This document shows, piece by piece, positions 15,682 to 25,299 of a stretch of 34,605 nucleotides of DNA; the stretch's first letter is position 1, and each line of letters starts with the position of its first letter. The position numbers and the translations under genes were made by a program. Below the pieces are notes generated by a model, which was given only the letters and a program-made list of their open reading frames with translations, did no database searches and was not told where the DNA came from. This stretch comes from a virus. Taxonomy: Duplodnaviria > Caudoviricetes. The stretch is from positions 1 to 34,605 of the IMG/VR virus record IMGVR_UViG_3300020045_005973, one strand, 5' to 3'.

Positions 15682-15710
15682 ACCATATCATAAGGCTTAG
15701 ATAAAGTCAA
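15682..15710 (-). promoter_or_regulatory. Sigma70-like promoter for fibre/lysis genes
   Basis: TTGACT (15710-15705)-N17-TATGGT (15687-15682) with TGn extension, intergenic. Confidence 0.6.
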
Positions 15711-15712
15711 CT

Positions 15713-18145
15713 TCACTCATCACCAAGCACATGACTAAAATCTGGCAAGTTAGGATCTTGCCCCGGTTTCCACCAGCGCCCTTCCTCATGTTGCTTGGCA
15801 AAACGCTCCTTACTTCTCCAAGCTGCTGGATCAGCGTCTTTAAGCAGCTCATCCATAATGGAACGGTCAAGCAAGAGTCTCATAAACCAAAGTTTAGGGA
15901 TGCTGGCATTAAGCGCAACCACAGCATCCTTGTCCATGTTCAGATCTTTCTTACCTTTCACCGCATCTACAACATTATCCAGTGTTAGCTTTTTCATCGA
16001 CGAAGCCCACTGCCCCATTGGGGTGTCACCGTTAAAATACTGGCTATTAGCTACGCTCACATTGTTAAAAATGAAATCCCCCAGTAGCCCCATGCTACCT
16101 CCGTTAAGCATAGCCCTACCCCAAAACTCAGGGTTTTCTGTAGGGTCCATGTTATGAGGATTTTGCCCTTGCGCAATAGCTTTAGCTTGTGTGATAAATG
16201 CACCAGCTACAGTCATTTCAATAAAGAAAGTAGTAGCCAGCCACATTTTATCTTTTGGTGTCGGTGCTGTCCAAATCTTTTTCCAATGGTTAAGCATAAG
16301 GGTAGCTGGGAAAGACGCAAGCTGGGTTGCAGACCGAACGATCTGACCTCGTACAGATCGAGCCGTAACACCTGTACCCATCGTAGCCTGTACACGAATA
16401 TCAGGCTCTGGTACAGCATCCCTAATATACATCTGCATAAAATCTAAAAACTTATCCGCCACCCGCTTATCACTTGTTTTCTTACTGCTATATAAATCCA
16501 TAGGGCGCAGGAACGTTGCTCCATCTCGATTAGTTAAAGGAGTTTGTCTAAAAATATCCCAGTCTTTTTCTGTTATACCTGCTCGAGTAAGCGAAGTAGA
16601 ATAAGAAAGTTCATCAAACTTTTTTCCTATATCATCGGCCCAAGCACCCTGCAAATGTTGCGCGTTCATATGCCGGGCTGTTGCGGTATGGTGCGTAGCC
16701 AGCCCCGTCCTATACACAATATCACTAAATCTCCGAACCCAGTGCGGCCCATCCATAATACCAAAATATCTGGCATGGCTTAGCATGAGATTAACCCCAG
16801 ACTGATAAATCACACCATCCCGAATAGCTTGTTGCGCAGTACGTTTCCCGCCAATAAACTCCTTAAAGTATTCGCGGATATGTCCCGTCTGAGGTAGCTT
16901 ATGAAATTGAGCAGCCCATTTACTTGTTGCTATATCACCAGGCAATGCCGAAAGAAATACCCCGCCCAGCTTAGTCCCAGTTGTATAAGTGCGCAGGGCA
17001 GAGATGGTTTGAACCGCCAGGCTTTCTTCTCCATTTAACACCTGAAAATTATAAATTTTCCACATTTCTTCAAACAGATCATTAGCTGCAGCCATGTCTG
17101 TAGTCCATGAAGACGCTGGATTTTGTACTTGCAACTCAGCTGCTCGGTTAGCCGCTGTTCGTTTCGCAAACTCTTTCATTGTATTAGGGTTAGGTCCAAA
17201 CTTTTCCATCAACGCAATATTTCGTGCTGTTGCGTCTATGTGCCCATAAGCTTGTTGGATAATATTACCAGCCCCGTATTTCTTCTGCATATAGAGCCAG
17301 CTCTGCCCGTCTTTATAATAGAAAAACCTTTCTCGGGCCATCCGGTTAGCCATATTCATCCCTGTGTTTTGGCCAGGCTTAAGATCACTTTCTCCATTTG
17401 TAAGTATCCGGTTATAGATTTTTGTCAGCACCTCATTACGGTCAGCTTCTGAAATAGTTTTACCCGCATATTCAACCAAGTCAAAATCCAGGTGCTCTAA
17501 ATGGTCATTCAACCACTCCGTAGGTATCACACTACCATTAGCTGCTTTAGTAACTTTCGCAGCTTTAACCTTAATCCTATCCTGTGTTTGTGGCAGCTTC
17601 CTCTTAACGTTTTCTCTAACCGAGGCACCCTCCATATTCCCGCGCTGGCGAAGCCATTCATCTGTTTGTTGAATAGCCTCCGCCATCTGCCCCGCTTCTA
17701 CATTCCTTACATCACCATGTGCAGCTAAAACTACCTCATCCATATTATCAACAGGATGAATAAACCCCCCAGCTTTAGGTTTATACTTCATAATGATAGA
17801 GTCGAGGTTAGCCAGAGCTTGCCCTGTAACACGCAAGTGGGCTATCTCAACTTCTTTCATAATCTGTGGGAGATCTTCTACGGGGTTCATCGACTTCGAC
17901 AACCTCGTGTAAATTTCGTGCGTCTTACGCATTTCATTAATACGCTGCCAGCGCTTCGCTCCTTTCAGTTGCGTTATTTCCTCTGTGGCTTTTTGGGCCG
18001 CAAAAAATTCTGCCTTGTCTGGTTCCAACCCCTGTGCCTTAGCATTTTCCACAGCTTCGTCAAACGCGTCAAAACCTTCTTGCGCTTTCTTCGCACTAAT
18101 TTTTCCTGCGTCTACAGCGGTTTGAATACAAGTCTTAAAACTCAT
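15713..18145 (-). CDS. Internal virion (ejection) protein, ~810 aa
   Basis: Position after nozzle and core genes; IALMEKFGPNP and GGSMGLLGDF motifs typical of BPP-1-like ejection proteins; ATG 18145 overlaps upstream TGA. Confidence 0.75.
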   Translation of the reverse strand: MSFKTCIQTAVDAGKISAKKAQEGFDAFDEAVENAKAQGLEPDKAEFFAAQKATEEITQLKGAKRWQRINEMRKTHEIYTRLSKSMNPVEDLPQIMKEVEIAHLRVTGQALANLDSIIMKYKPKAGGFIHPVDNMDEVVLAAHGDVRNVEAGQMAEAIQQTDEWLRQRGNMEGASVRENVKRKLPQTQDRIKVKAAKVTKAANGSVIPTEWLNDHLEHLDFDLVEYAGKTISEADRNEVLTKIYNRILTNGESDLKPGQNTGMNMANRMARERFFYYKDGQSWLYMQKKYGAGNIIQQAYGHIDATARNIALMEKFGPNPNTMKEFAKRTAANRAAELQVQNPASSWTTDMAAANDLFEEMWKIYNFQVLNGEESLAVQTISALRTYTTGTKLGGVFLSALPGDIATSKWAAQFHKLPQTGHIREYFKEFIGGKRTAQQAIRDGVIYQSGVNLMLSHARYFGIMDGPHWVRRFSDIVYRTGLATHHTATARHMNAQHLQGAWADDIGKKFDELSYSTSLTRAGITEKDWDIFRQTPLTNRDGATFLRPMDLYSSKKTSDKRVADKFLDFMQMYIRDAVPEPDIRVQATMGTGVTARSVRGQIVRSATQLASFPATLMLNHWKKIWTAPTPKDKMWLATTFFIEMTVAGAFITQAKAIAQGQNPHNMDPTENPEFWGRAMLNGGSMGLLGDFIFNNVSVANSQYFNGDTPMGQWASSMKKLTLDNVVDAVKGKKDLNMDKDAVVALNASIPKLWFMRLLLDRSIMDELLKDADPAAWRSKERFAKQHEEGRWWKPGQDPNLPDFSHVLGDE

Positions 18146-19950
18146 AGCGAACATACCTTCATAGCTTCTTCAAGGGCCATATCTTCAGCCATATCATCCA
18201 TGGCTTTTTGTACAGACATAACTCGCGTAGTTCCGTCAGCCATAGTAAGCTCAACTTGAAAATCAGGCACTACCAGCATTCCTTCACCTAAGTCTATAAG
18301 ACCCTCTTCGGTGATTACAGTTTTAACTACCGCAACAGCTCGGTCTGGTATAGCTTCTACAGTTACAGCCGTTTCTGCTACCGTTGCATCAATAGACTCA
18401 TGACGGAGAAGAGGTAAAACAGACGGGGCATCGGCAAAGCCGGCTAAAGGTACTGACTGTGTTTGTGCCGACATCTCTTTAATTCGCTGTTCATTCCGCA
18501 GCCTTGCAATCGTCCCTTCCATTTCCAGTCGTGCGGCACGAAATTCTTTTACAGCCGCTTTTCTACTTTTCCTCAGCGACTGTAGTTCTTTCTTCGGCCC
18601 AATCCTCGCGTCATCCAGTTCTTTAACCAGCGCTTTCTCGCCTAACGTTTCAACAATTTGCCCAATCTTTGTTTCCAGCGCCGCTCTTTTTTCAACCGTA
18701 AGTTGTGGGTTCCTCAAATCTTCTTCAAGACTTTTAACCAGGTTCCCACTGTCCGGGTCTAGCCGCGTTACAGCATCCGACAAACCAAGTTGGCCAGTTA
18801 CATTTTCTACTTCGGCCAACCTTGTATCAATTTCTTGTAGTCTAGTTTCCGCCTCGACAAAATTAGTATGAACGTCAGGGGCTTCACCCCGAACAAGAAC
18901 TATGTCAGCATCCAGCAATTGTACGTCTATTGGGATAGGAGGAAGAACGCGGGCAATAGCTGTATCAGTTTGACCTCGCAACACTCGCTGAACATCTTCA
19001 AGTTCTGCTATAAAACGGACACCACCTTCTGGGCTGGTTCCATACGGGTTAATCTTTTCAAACGCCTGCTGTCCTTCCAGCATATGCAAGCCGGCCCTGG
19101 CTGTAGGACTTTCCGGTGCAGCCTTAAACATAGTAGCCAGTTGTGTATCATTAAAGTCAAAGGCAATCTCTGGTCCTTTAACTTTACTAGTTAAAACTCC
19201 AACACCTTCAGCTGCGCCACGGAGACCAGCCCCAAGCACCGCCGCCATTAAGATGTTTTGAACTGGAGAACCTTCTGGTAAACCCGCCAAGGCCCGGTTA
19301 GGCTCAACCGCACCATACTCTTGAACCGCCGCTACACTACCTTGAACCAGGCCCTCTGAAATAACTTTCATACCAATGGTACGGCCGAAGCCTCCAAGTC
19401 CTAAAGTACCTAAAGACACTGGATCACGTTCAGAAAAAGAACCAGCCACACCACCAATGAATTGTGCGATGCTGTTAGTTATCCCCCCACGTTCACTGAC
19501 GTCTGCAGTAGTTTGTTCTACAGCCGCTTGTGCCTTCATAGTCTCCGCAAGAACTTCTTCAAACGATTGTATGTCAGGCCTGCCCAGCGCTTTCATCGCT
19601 GCATTGACTTTTTGGAAGTTAGCAATATCCTGCTTTAATTCTGGTGATACAGACTGCCCGCCAAATTCAACACTCTGTTGAAAAATGCTGGGGTCTTCCC
19701 CCTTTGCTGTACGAGCATAAGTATTAAAGGCAGACAGGTCCATACGCAAGTTTGGCGCTTCTCCTGTAATACTTGCGTAAGTATCTATTGACCTCTGCCA
19801 ACGGTTCTTTATCTCCGCTTCAAGTGAATACGGCGAGTCCACCCGGTACTGCTGTTCATATCCCTGGGTAAGGGATTGCCAAAGTGTGGGCTGGTCTAGT
19901 CCCACCGTACCAGGCGTAGTGATTACGTGGTCAGTGTCAAGATACCCCAT
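18142..19950 (-). CDS. Internal virion (ejection) protein, 602 aa
   Basis: Gly/Ala-rich membrane-like segments followed by coiled coil; synteny. Confidence 0.72.
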   Translation of the reverse strand: MGYLDTDHVITTPGTVGLDQPTLWQSLTQGYEQQYRVDSPYSLEAEIKNRWQRSIDTYASITGEAPNLRMDLSAFNTYARTAKGEDPSIFQQSVEFGGQSVSPELKQDIANFQKVNAAMKALGRPDIQSFEEVLAETMKAQAAVEQTTADVSERGGITNSIAQFIGGVAGSFSERDPVSLGTLGLGGFGRTIGMKVISEGLVQGSVAAVQEYGAVEPNRALAGLPEGSPVQNILMAAVLGAGLRGAAEGVGVLTSKVKGPEIAFDFNDTQLATMFKAAPESPTARAGLHMLEGQQAFEKINPYGTSPEGGVRFIAELEDVQRVLRGQTDTAIARVLPPIPIDVQLLDADIVLVRGEAPDVHTNFVEAETRLQEIDTRLAEVENVTGQLGLSDAVTRLDPDSGNLVKSLEEDLRNPQLTVEKRAALETKIGQIVETLGEKALVKELDDARIGPKKELQSLRKSRKAAVKEFRAARLEMEGTIARLRNEQRIKEMSAQTQSVPLAGFADAPSVLPLLRHESIDATVAETAVTVEAIPDRAVAVVKTVITEEGLIDLGEGMLVVPDFQVELTMADGTTRVMSVQKAMDDMAEDMALEEAMKVCSL

Positions 19951-22577
19951 TAGCGTAGCCCCATTCGAGCTTTATCTAACCGGAACATAAACGGCTTGCC
20001 ATTTTTAGAACTAATTACGGGCTTCCCGTCAAGCGCACTCTTAATACCATAATAGCCTGGCGCAACTTGTACGAACACTCCGTTATCTACAAGTCCTTGT
20101 GAAGAGATAGGTCGCCCAGTTCCATCCACCGGCTGGCTTCCATCCACAGACAAACGAGTGAGTTCCCCCACACCAAGGGCCATCCCAAGCCGATCTGTCC
20201 AATTTTCAAACTGAGTGCGGTTAACTCCGATGGGGAGGATGGTCCAGTCTTGGGCCTTGCCATGCCCAAAATCTACAATACCAGTATCCTCATCGTTGGC
20301 CTTCCCACCGAGCGCCTCACGCAGTGCCGCCCTATATTTATCCTCATCTACCACACCATCTTCAACCAGCCCACCATCTTTAACATAAAGAGCAGCGGCG
20401 GTTTCATTTAGCAAGCGGGAATAGTCGCCACCAAGATTATTAACCGCGGAAGCCACTTCCGTAATATAAGCCTGACTCATAGCTTTTGGATTAGGTTTAC
20501 GTGCAGGGTCTTTGTTTATAATATCCCTACCAGCCAAAACCCGTTCCATAGTTTGTTTGTACCCAGGTAAAGGACGCAAGATAGAATACAATGAATAATC
20601 CTTGTTAACCTCTTCCCCATGCCCAGCTGCGCCTAAAGTCCGCCCAGCTCTAGCGCCCATTTCACTAAGATAACCTTCCAACATAGCTAGTTTCTGTTCA
20701 GGTGCAGCCGTTGCATACTTATTGGCAATAGTTTTTAACCCTTCGAGAGTTGCATAATGCCTTTTATTTTCAGGGGTGCCAAGCTGGTCGTAGGCAGCAT
20801 CAATAGCGCGATAAGCCGCTTTCCTTTTCTCAGGCGTATCGGCGTTAGCAAGTTGAGTTCTTACGCGAGGGAAAACCCCAAAGACGTAAGCGGCTGGATC
20901 ACGATCACGAAGCTCTAAATTAGCATCGGCAGCTTTCCGAGCAGCTTGCCACTTTTGAATATCAATAGCATAGGTGGGAGAACCCATTACAGGTTTAAGT
21001 GCGTCAACTCGCTGGTTTAGCGTGGCTTCATTTACAGTAGTCATACCCACCATGAACTCACCGCCAGCTTTATTAGCCGCCTGTTCCCCTTTCATCTGTT
21101 GCCAGCCGGTTGCACCAAAAAGCTTTTCACCCTCTTCATCTGAATAAGGATTAGGCCCTGGGTCTTTCCCTTGTGCGTAAGCAGCATTACGGTTCTCGTG
21201 TTCAACTCGAGCCTTAGCTCGTGCTTCGGTTAAATCCTCCCGCTTAACACTGTAAGCTCTTTGCAACAGAGCCAATTGTTCACCGCCGGTAAGAACATCC
21301 AGAGCGGGTATGCCGGTTTTATGCTGCATGGGTTCGCTAGGCGCAACAGCAACTTCTTCTGGCACCCCGCCAGCAAACGCTGTGTCAAACTGCGAGGGCT
21401 GTGCGTAGGTGGTGCTGAGGTTAACCTCTACCGCAGGTGCATTAGCAGGAGTTACCCGCTTCAGCATGTCCTCGACATACTTCGCAGTCTTAGGGTTGCC
21501 CCTAGGATTTTTATATGCCGAAGCAGAACCGCTGTAGTAGTGGGAGAAGATCGCAGCTGGATCACCTTTACCAGCATTTATAGAGTCTTGAATAGCTGCG
21601 TCGCCAATCTTATCCTGATAAGCTATAGCTTCAGGGGTATCTTTGGTCATAAGTTCTGGACGCCAAGGCAAGCCGGCTCTACCAGCTAATACCTTTCCTG
21701 TCTGCGGCATCACCTGGTAACGTCCAAGCGCCCCAGTTTCCTTGTTCTTTGCTTTATAATTTCCGCTAGACTCTTGTGCTACAACATGCTCACGCAGGCC
21801 CTGAACAGTTAAAGCGGGCGCGACAGTGGAACTAGTTGGAGTGACAAGGGCAACCCCACCAGGCTCACCCAGCTGCTTCGCATAAATCCCTTGCGGATCA
21901 AGTGCCTTAGCCACCAACGCGGGATCAGACGCAGTTAGCGCCTCAGCCCCAACCGTCCTAATCTTATTCCAGCCCCTTTCCCGAAATGCTTCCCTTTCAG
22001 TTGCATCTAGGTGAGGACGCAGGTTTACATCTTCGTCCCAGGCTTCCTTAATACTATTAGTCGCACTAGGGTTAGCTAAATGGTACTGGGAGTAAGAGTC
22101 TGCCCGTTTGTCTAAATCAACACCGGCTTGAACTCGTTCAGCTTCATTTTGATATTTAAGTGCATTGCCAAGCTGGTTGGTACGAAGCGTTGTTAGCTTG
22201 AGTTCAAAATCCTGAAGTTCATCCTGTTCATAACCAAATCCCCGCATTTCCTCTAGCAGCTTCCCGTGTTTAGCTGTTAGCTGAGCCGCATAAGTTTCAG
22301 CAAAGTTAGGTGCACCAGGAGGTGCTTGTTCTACTGCAGTATTAAAGTCAATTGTAGAAACATTAACCTCATCAAGGAATGTCTGCTGCAGTTCAAACTT
22401 ATCTAAATTCTTCTGGTCCTGCTTCTTTTTATCAAAAGCGACTCGAAGTCCCTCTGCCAGCCGCCCGATCCCCTGTGCGATCTCGGCCCCAGCAGTAGGA
22501 TTGCCGGCGCTACCAATCCCCTGAACCGATAGGTTAGGAGCACTCGTGCGTGGGTTGAGTAGAGTTGGAACCTTCAT
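19950..22577 (-). CDS. Internal virion protein with lytic transglycosylase (SLT) domain
   Basis: QESSGN...GALGRYQVMPQT...HYYSG...TAKYV = SLT motifs with catalytic Glu. Confidence 0.85.
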   Translation of the reverse strand: MKVPTLLNPRTSAPNLSVQGIGSAGNPTAGAEIAQGIGRLAEGLRVAFDKKKQDQKNLDKFELQQTFLDEVNVSTIDFNTAVEQAPPGAPNFAETYAAQLTAKHGKLLEEMRGFGYEQDELQDFELKLTTLRTNQLGNALKYQNEAERVQAGVDLDKRADSYSQYHLANPSATNSIKEAWDEDVNLRPHLDATEREAFRERGWNKIRTVGAEALTASDPALVAKALDPQGIYAKQLGEPGGVALVTPTSSTVAPALTVQGLREHVVAQESSGNYKAKNKETGALGRYQVMPQTGKVLAGRAGLPWRPELMTKDTPEAIAYQDKIGDAAIQDSINAGKGDPAAIFSHYYSGSASAYKNPRGNPKTAKYVEDMLKRVTPANAPAVEVNLSTTYAQPSQFDTAFAGGVPEEVAVAPSEPMQHKTGIPALDVLTGGEQLALLQRAYSVKREDLTEARAKARVEHENRNAAYAQGKDPGPNPYSDEEGEKLFGATGWQQMKGEQAANKAGGEFMVGMTTVNEATLNQRVDALKPVMGSPTYAIDIQKWQAARKAADANLELRDRDPAAYVFGVFPRVRTQLANADTPEKRKAAYRAIDAAYDQLGTPENKRHYATLEGLKTIANKYATAAPEQKLAMLEGYLSEMGARAGRTLGAAGHGEEVNKDYSLYSILRPLPGYKQTMERVLAGRDIINKDPARKPNPKAMSQAYITEVASAVNNLGGDYSRLLNETAAALYVKDGGLVEDGVVDEDKYRAALREALGGKANDEDTGIVDFGHGKAQDWTILPIGVNRTQFENWTDRLGMALGVGELTRLSVDGSQPVDGTGRPISSQGLVDNGVFVQVAPGYYGIKSALDGKPVISSKNGKPFMFRLDKARMGLR

Positions 22578-23077
22578 CCGAACATTGCCTTCTTAGATTT
22601 TGGCCCACCGATGAGGCTTCCACCACTACCACTACCACCAGCCAAGGTTCCAGCCGCATCAAGCACCCCGCCGATCATCTTAGCTATGCCAGCGCTTTTT
22701 GCAGCATTAGCTTCACCCTTAAACCCAGCGGCCTGGTTGAAATAAGATGCTGTATCGGCTTCGCCCTTCCGTCGAATATCAATCGCACTCTCATCCCGGC
22801 TGCGCCTAGTCAAAGCCCTGGTTGCAACTTGACTTGCCCCCAGCACGTCAAGGCCACTCGCCCCCTGCATCGCCAGTTGTGTTCCTGTAAGCGCCGCCAT
22901 TTCCCGGTCATTCCGCATACTCTCGATCTGTGCGGTTTGCGCGGCCATCTCACCATTTCGCGTAGCTATCTCAGCATTACGCTTCGCTACCTGGGCCTGG
23001 TATTTGGCTTGACCAAGCGCAGCTACGCCGCCGAAGATTGAGCCGGCCATGCTCAACGCCATAGGAAGAAACGCCAT
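22574..23077 (-). CDS. Small ejection protein (T7 gp14-like)
   Basis: Hydrophobic Ala/Gly N-terminus, GASGLD motif, synteny. Confidence 0.75.
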   Translation of the reverse strand: MAFLPMALSMAGSIFGGVAALGQAKYQAQVAKRNAEIATRNGEMAAQTAQIESMRNDREMAALTGTQLAMQGASGLDVLGASQVATRALTRRSRDESAIDIRRKGEADTASYFNQAAGFKGEANAAKSAGIAKMIGGVLDAAGTLAGGSGSGGSLIGGPKSKKAMFG

Positions 23078-23451
23078 TAAACCCTCCGATAAATCTGGTA
23101 GAAGCGGTCGTGGTACATCTGGCGCTCCCCTGTTTCTTCAAACCCATAAAACTTTGCAAACCGCTGAGCGACGGTAAAATCTTCTGCAACCGCGGTTAAG
23201 GTTCCTAAAGGAATGTAGTCCTTTATCCGACGGAAGTCAATGAGATCGCGAAACGCAACATCTTTGGTTAGAGCGAACCACATCCACGGCGGCGAGGTCA
23301 GGGTAGAATAAATCAGGCCTACAACCAAGAGGTTCCCTAGCTGCCATGCCATATCGCTAGCCTCAAGCAACGCATCTCCGCCAGCTTCGCCGATTTCATA
23401 CCGCGAGTTGTCGGTCCAATTCAACGCAGGTAAATTACTAATCGGGATCAT
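23077..23451 (-). CDS. T7 gp13-like / GNAT-fold virion assembly protein
   Basis: AQRFAKFYGF motif; position between nozzle and gp14-like gene. Confidence 0.65.
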   Translation of the reverse strand: MIPISNLPALNWTDNSRYEIGEAGGDALLEASDMAWQLGNLLVVGLIYSTLTSPPWMWFALTKDVAFRDLIDFRRIKDYIPLGTLTAVAEDFTVAQRFAKFYGFEETGERQMYHDRFYQIYRRV

Positions 23452-23977
23452 CGCCTACCTCCACTTCCGCAACAACGCTTAGCAGGGTTACAGGAAGTGG
23501 TTCGGTCTGAACGAAATAGGTTTGACCGTTTTCGTCCCAGTTGGTTGATATGATTTCGTGCTTGATGCCGTTAATCATACGAGTGGGCAGGCCGGGGTTT
23601 TCGTCCGTTCGCTCTCGCATTTCGTAAAGTTCATCCAGTGACCGGCCCTTCTTCAGCCCTCTGGTACGCGCAAGACGAAGGGCCAGTGCGTTGACAATCT
23701 TCCTTCTCCCCTCTACCACCGCCTTCTGTGTAGTGATGGGGAGGGTCTTAGCGCGCGCAGTAAAAGCCAGCCCGATGTGGCACTTGGTTACGGCCTGAGG
23801 CAACGTCACCGTACCATTTACCACCACCTGCGGTGGGAACACATTGCCATCACCGAGGATGGAAACTGTCTCTCCCTCCAAATGCCACAGCCCAGTCATC
23901 CTTGTGCGAGGGAGATCAAGCGTCCACTGCTTAACATTGATCGGCTGGCCGCGACTCCCTGTTACCCCGTCATCCAT
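23438..23977 (-). CDS. Tail tubular protein B (nozzle), C-terminal fragment
   Basis: GLWHLEGETVSILGDG, HIGLAFTARAKTLP, Q.EPLPVTLLSV are the usual nozzle C-terminal motifs; RBS GAGGA, TGATG coupling. Confidence 0.8.
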   Translation of the reverse strand: MDDGVTGSRGQPINVKQWTLDLPRTRMTGLWHLEGETVSILGDGNVFPPQVVVNGTVTLPQAVTKCHIGLAFTARAKTLPITTQKAVVEGRRKIVNALALRLARTRGLKKGRSLDELYEMRERTDENPGLPTRMINGIKHEIISTNWDENGQTYFVQTEPLPVTLLSVVAEVEVGDDPD

Positions 23978-25287
23978 CAGCTTTCCTCTGTTTCACGAAT
24001 AAGCCTTTTAGGCGCTTCATACCTATGCAGCACCATGCGGGTCTCCGATGCTTCCATCGAGATTACACGGAAGATACCGTCATCGCAGCGAAGGATGATG
24101 CCTGTAGACCCAGCACTGCCAACGCTGCTATCGCAACTAACTCCGACGCCAGAGGAGATAAGAACCGGGAAAGGCACCTCATCAGGAACATCTGTATTGG
24201 TGAAATACCAGATCCCTTCTTTCGTGGTTATGCAAGAGCGGGTGAAGGTGGCGTCGCTGATTATAGCACTCGTCCACTCATCCAGCATTGTTTGGGTAGA
24301 GGCATCCCCAGCAGTAATATGTAAGCGCTTAAATGTGGTCCAGGTTGCGTTTACCAAGATTGCTTTGAAGTCCGAAGTGTCAGGGTCAACGTAGGACAGG
24401 ACAAAGCCAGCGTCGGTACCGATAACTGAATAGGTGGCGTAACCGCTGCCATTTATAAAATTCGCGTCCAAAATCGCCTGGATCACAGGGTCATCAATCT
24501 CAGCTTTGTAATGGACGTAATCCCAAGTACCGCCCCCAGCGGTCACAAATGTCTGCAAGCTGGCACGGGAAATTACACAATATTTAACTGCAGTATCGTC
24601 AGTTACATTACTAAACTGCCAAGTATCCGCGCTGGATACGCAAACACCGCGCAGAAGAAACGTGTAATTTAGTGGGAATTTATAATAATTATACAGCGTT
24701 GTTGTAGCCGTGTTACTTATCTCTACCGCCCAAACTCGATTTTCTGTTTGAGCTACCGTAGCTGGATTAAATACACACAAGGCTTTTGGAGATAGTGTTG
24801 TGGAATTAGGAGAAAGACTTGGCGTAGAATTTAAAGAAACTCCCACGTTAACGCTAAGGCCCAGGGGGAAATCTACGTCAAGTGTTACGGCATCTTCTGT
24901 GCTGGTAGCAATTGTTCCACCTGCAAGATTATCCAAATAACCAACAATGGCGTAAGTTAGTGTTATGCCATCAGCATATACATCTGCGCCAGAAACAAAC
25001 ATGTCTCTATCGTAAATGCCGGAACCCTGCAGGTTTTCATCCCCTCCTAGATAATTAAGGCTGTAGTAGGTATAGTCAGCGCCCCTAAAACCATAAACTG
25101 CTACGTCCCCAGAAAGTCCACCTTGAATACCTAAAATGTCAGGGGTACCATCACCAACTACGTTGAAGCCGGTGCGAGGGTATGCAAGCAAACCATACTC
25201 ATTTGTGATATTAGGGAATGTGCCGGCGCTGGTGAACTCTATATCAATACAGAGTCCTTCAGTCGCCAAGCGGGATGGAAAGGTCAT
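23977..25287 (-). CDS. 436-aa protein inserted between the nozzle fragments (possible adhesin/receptor-binding domain)
   Basis: RBS AAGAGGT; Thr/Asp/Tyr/Val-rich beta-type composition; AT-richer than flanks. Confidence 0.75.
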   Translation of the reverse strand: MTFPSRLATEGLCIDIEFTSAGTFPNITNEYGLLAYPRTGFNVVGDGTPDILGIQGGLSGDVAVYGFRGADYTYYSLNYLGGDENLQGSGIYDRDMFVSGADVYADGITLTYAIVGYLDNLAGGTIATSTEDAVTLDVDFPLGLSVNVGVSLNSTPSLSPNSTTLSPKALCVFNPATVAQTENRVWAVEISNTATTTLYNYYKFPLNYTFLLRGVCVSSADTWQFSNVTDDTAVKYCVISRASLQTFVTAGGGTWDYVHYKAEIDDPVIQAILDANFINGSGYATYSVIGTDAGFVLSYVDPDTSDFKAILVNATWTTFKRLHITAGDASTQTMLDEWTSAIISDATFTRSCITTKEGIWYFTNTDVPDEVPFPVLISSGVGVSCDSSVGSAGSTGIILRCDDGIFRVISMEASETRMVLHRYEAPKRLIRETEES

Positions 25288-25299
25288 AGTGGCTACCTC

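Noticed and set aside
12991-15712. BPP-1-type diversity-generating retroelement acting on the fibre
   Set aside because: No reverse transcriptase and no template/variable repeat pair differing at adenines seen in the window; cannot exclude one outside it
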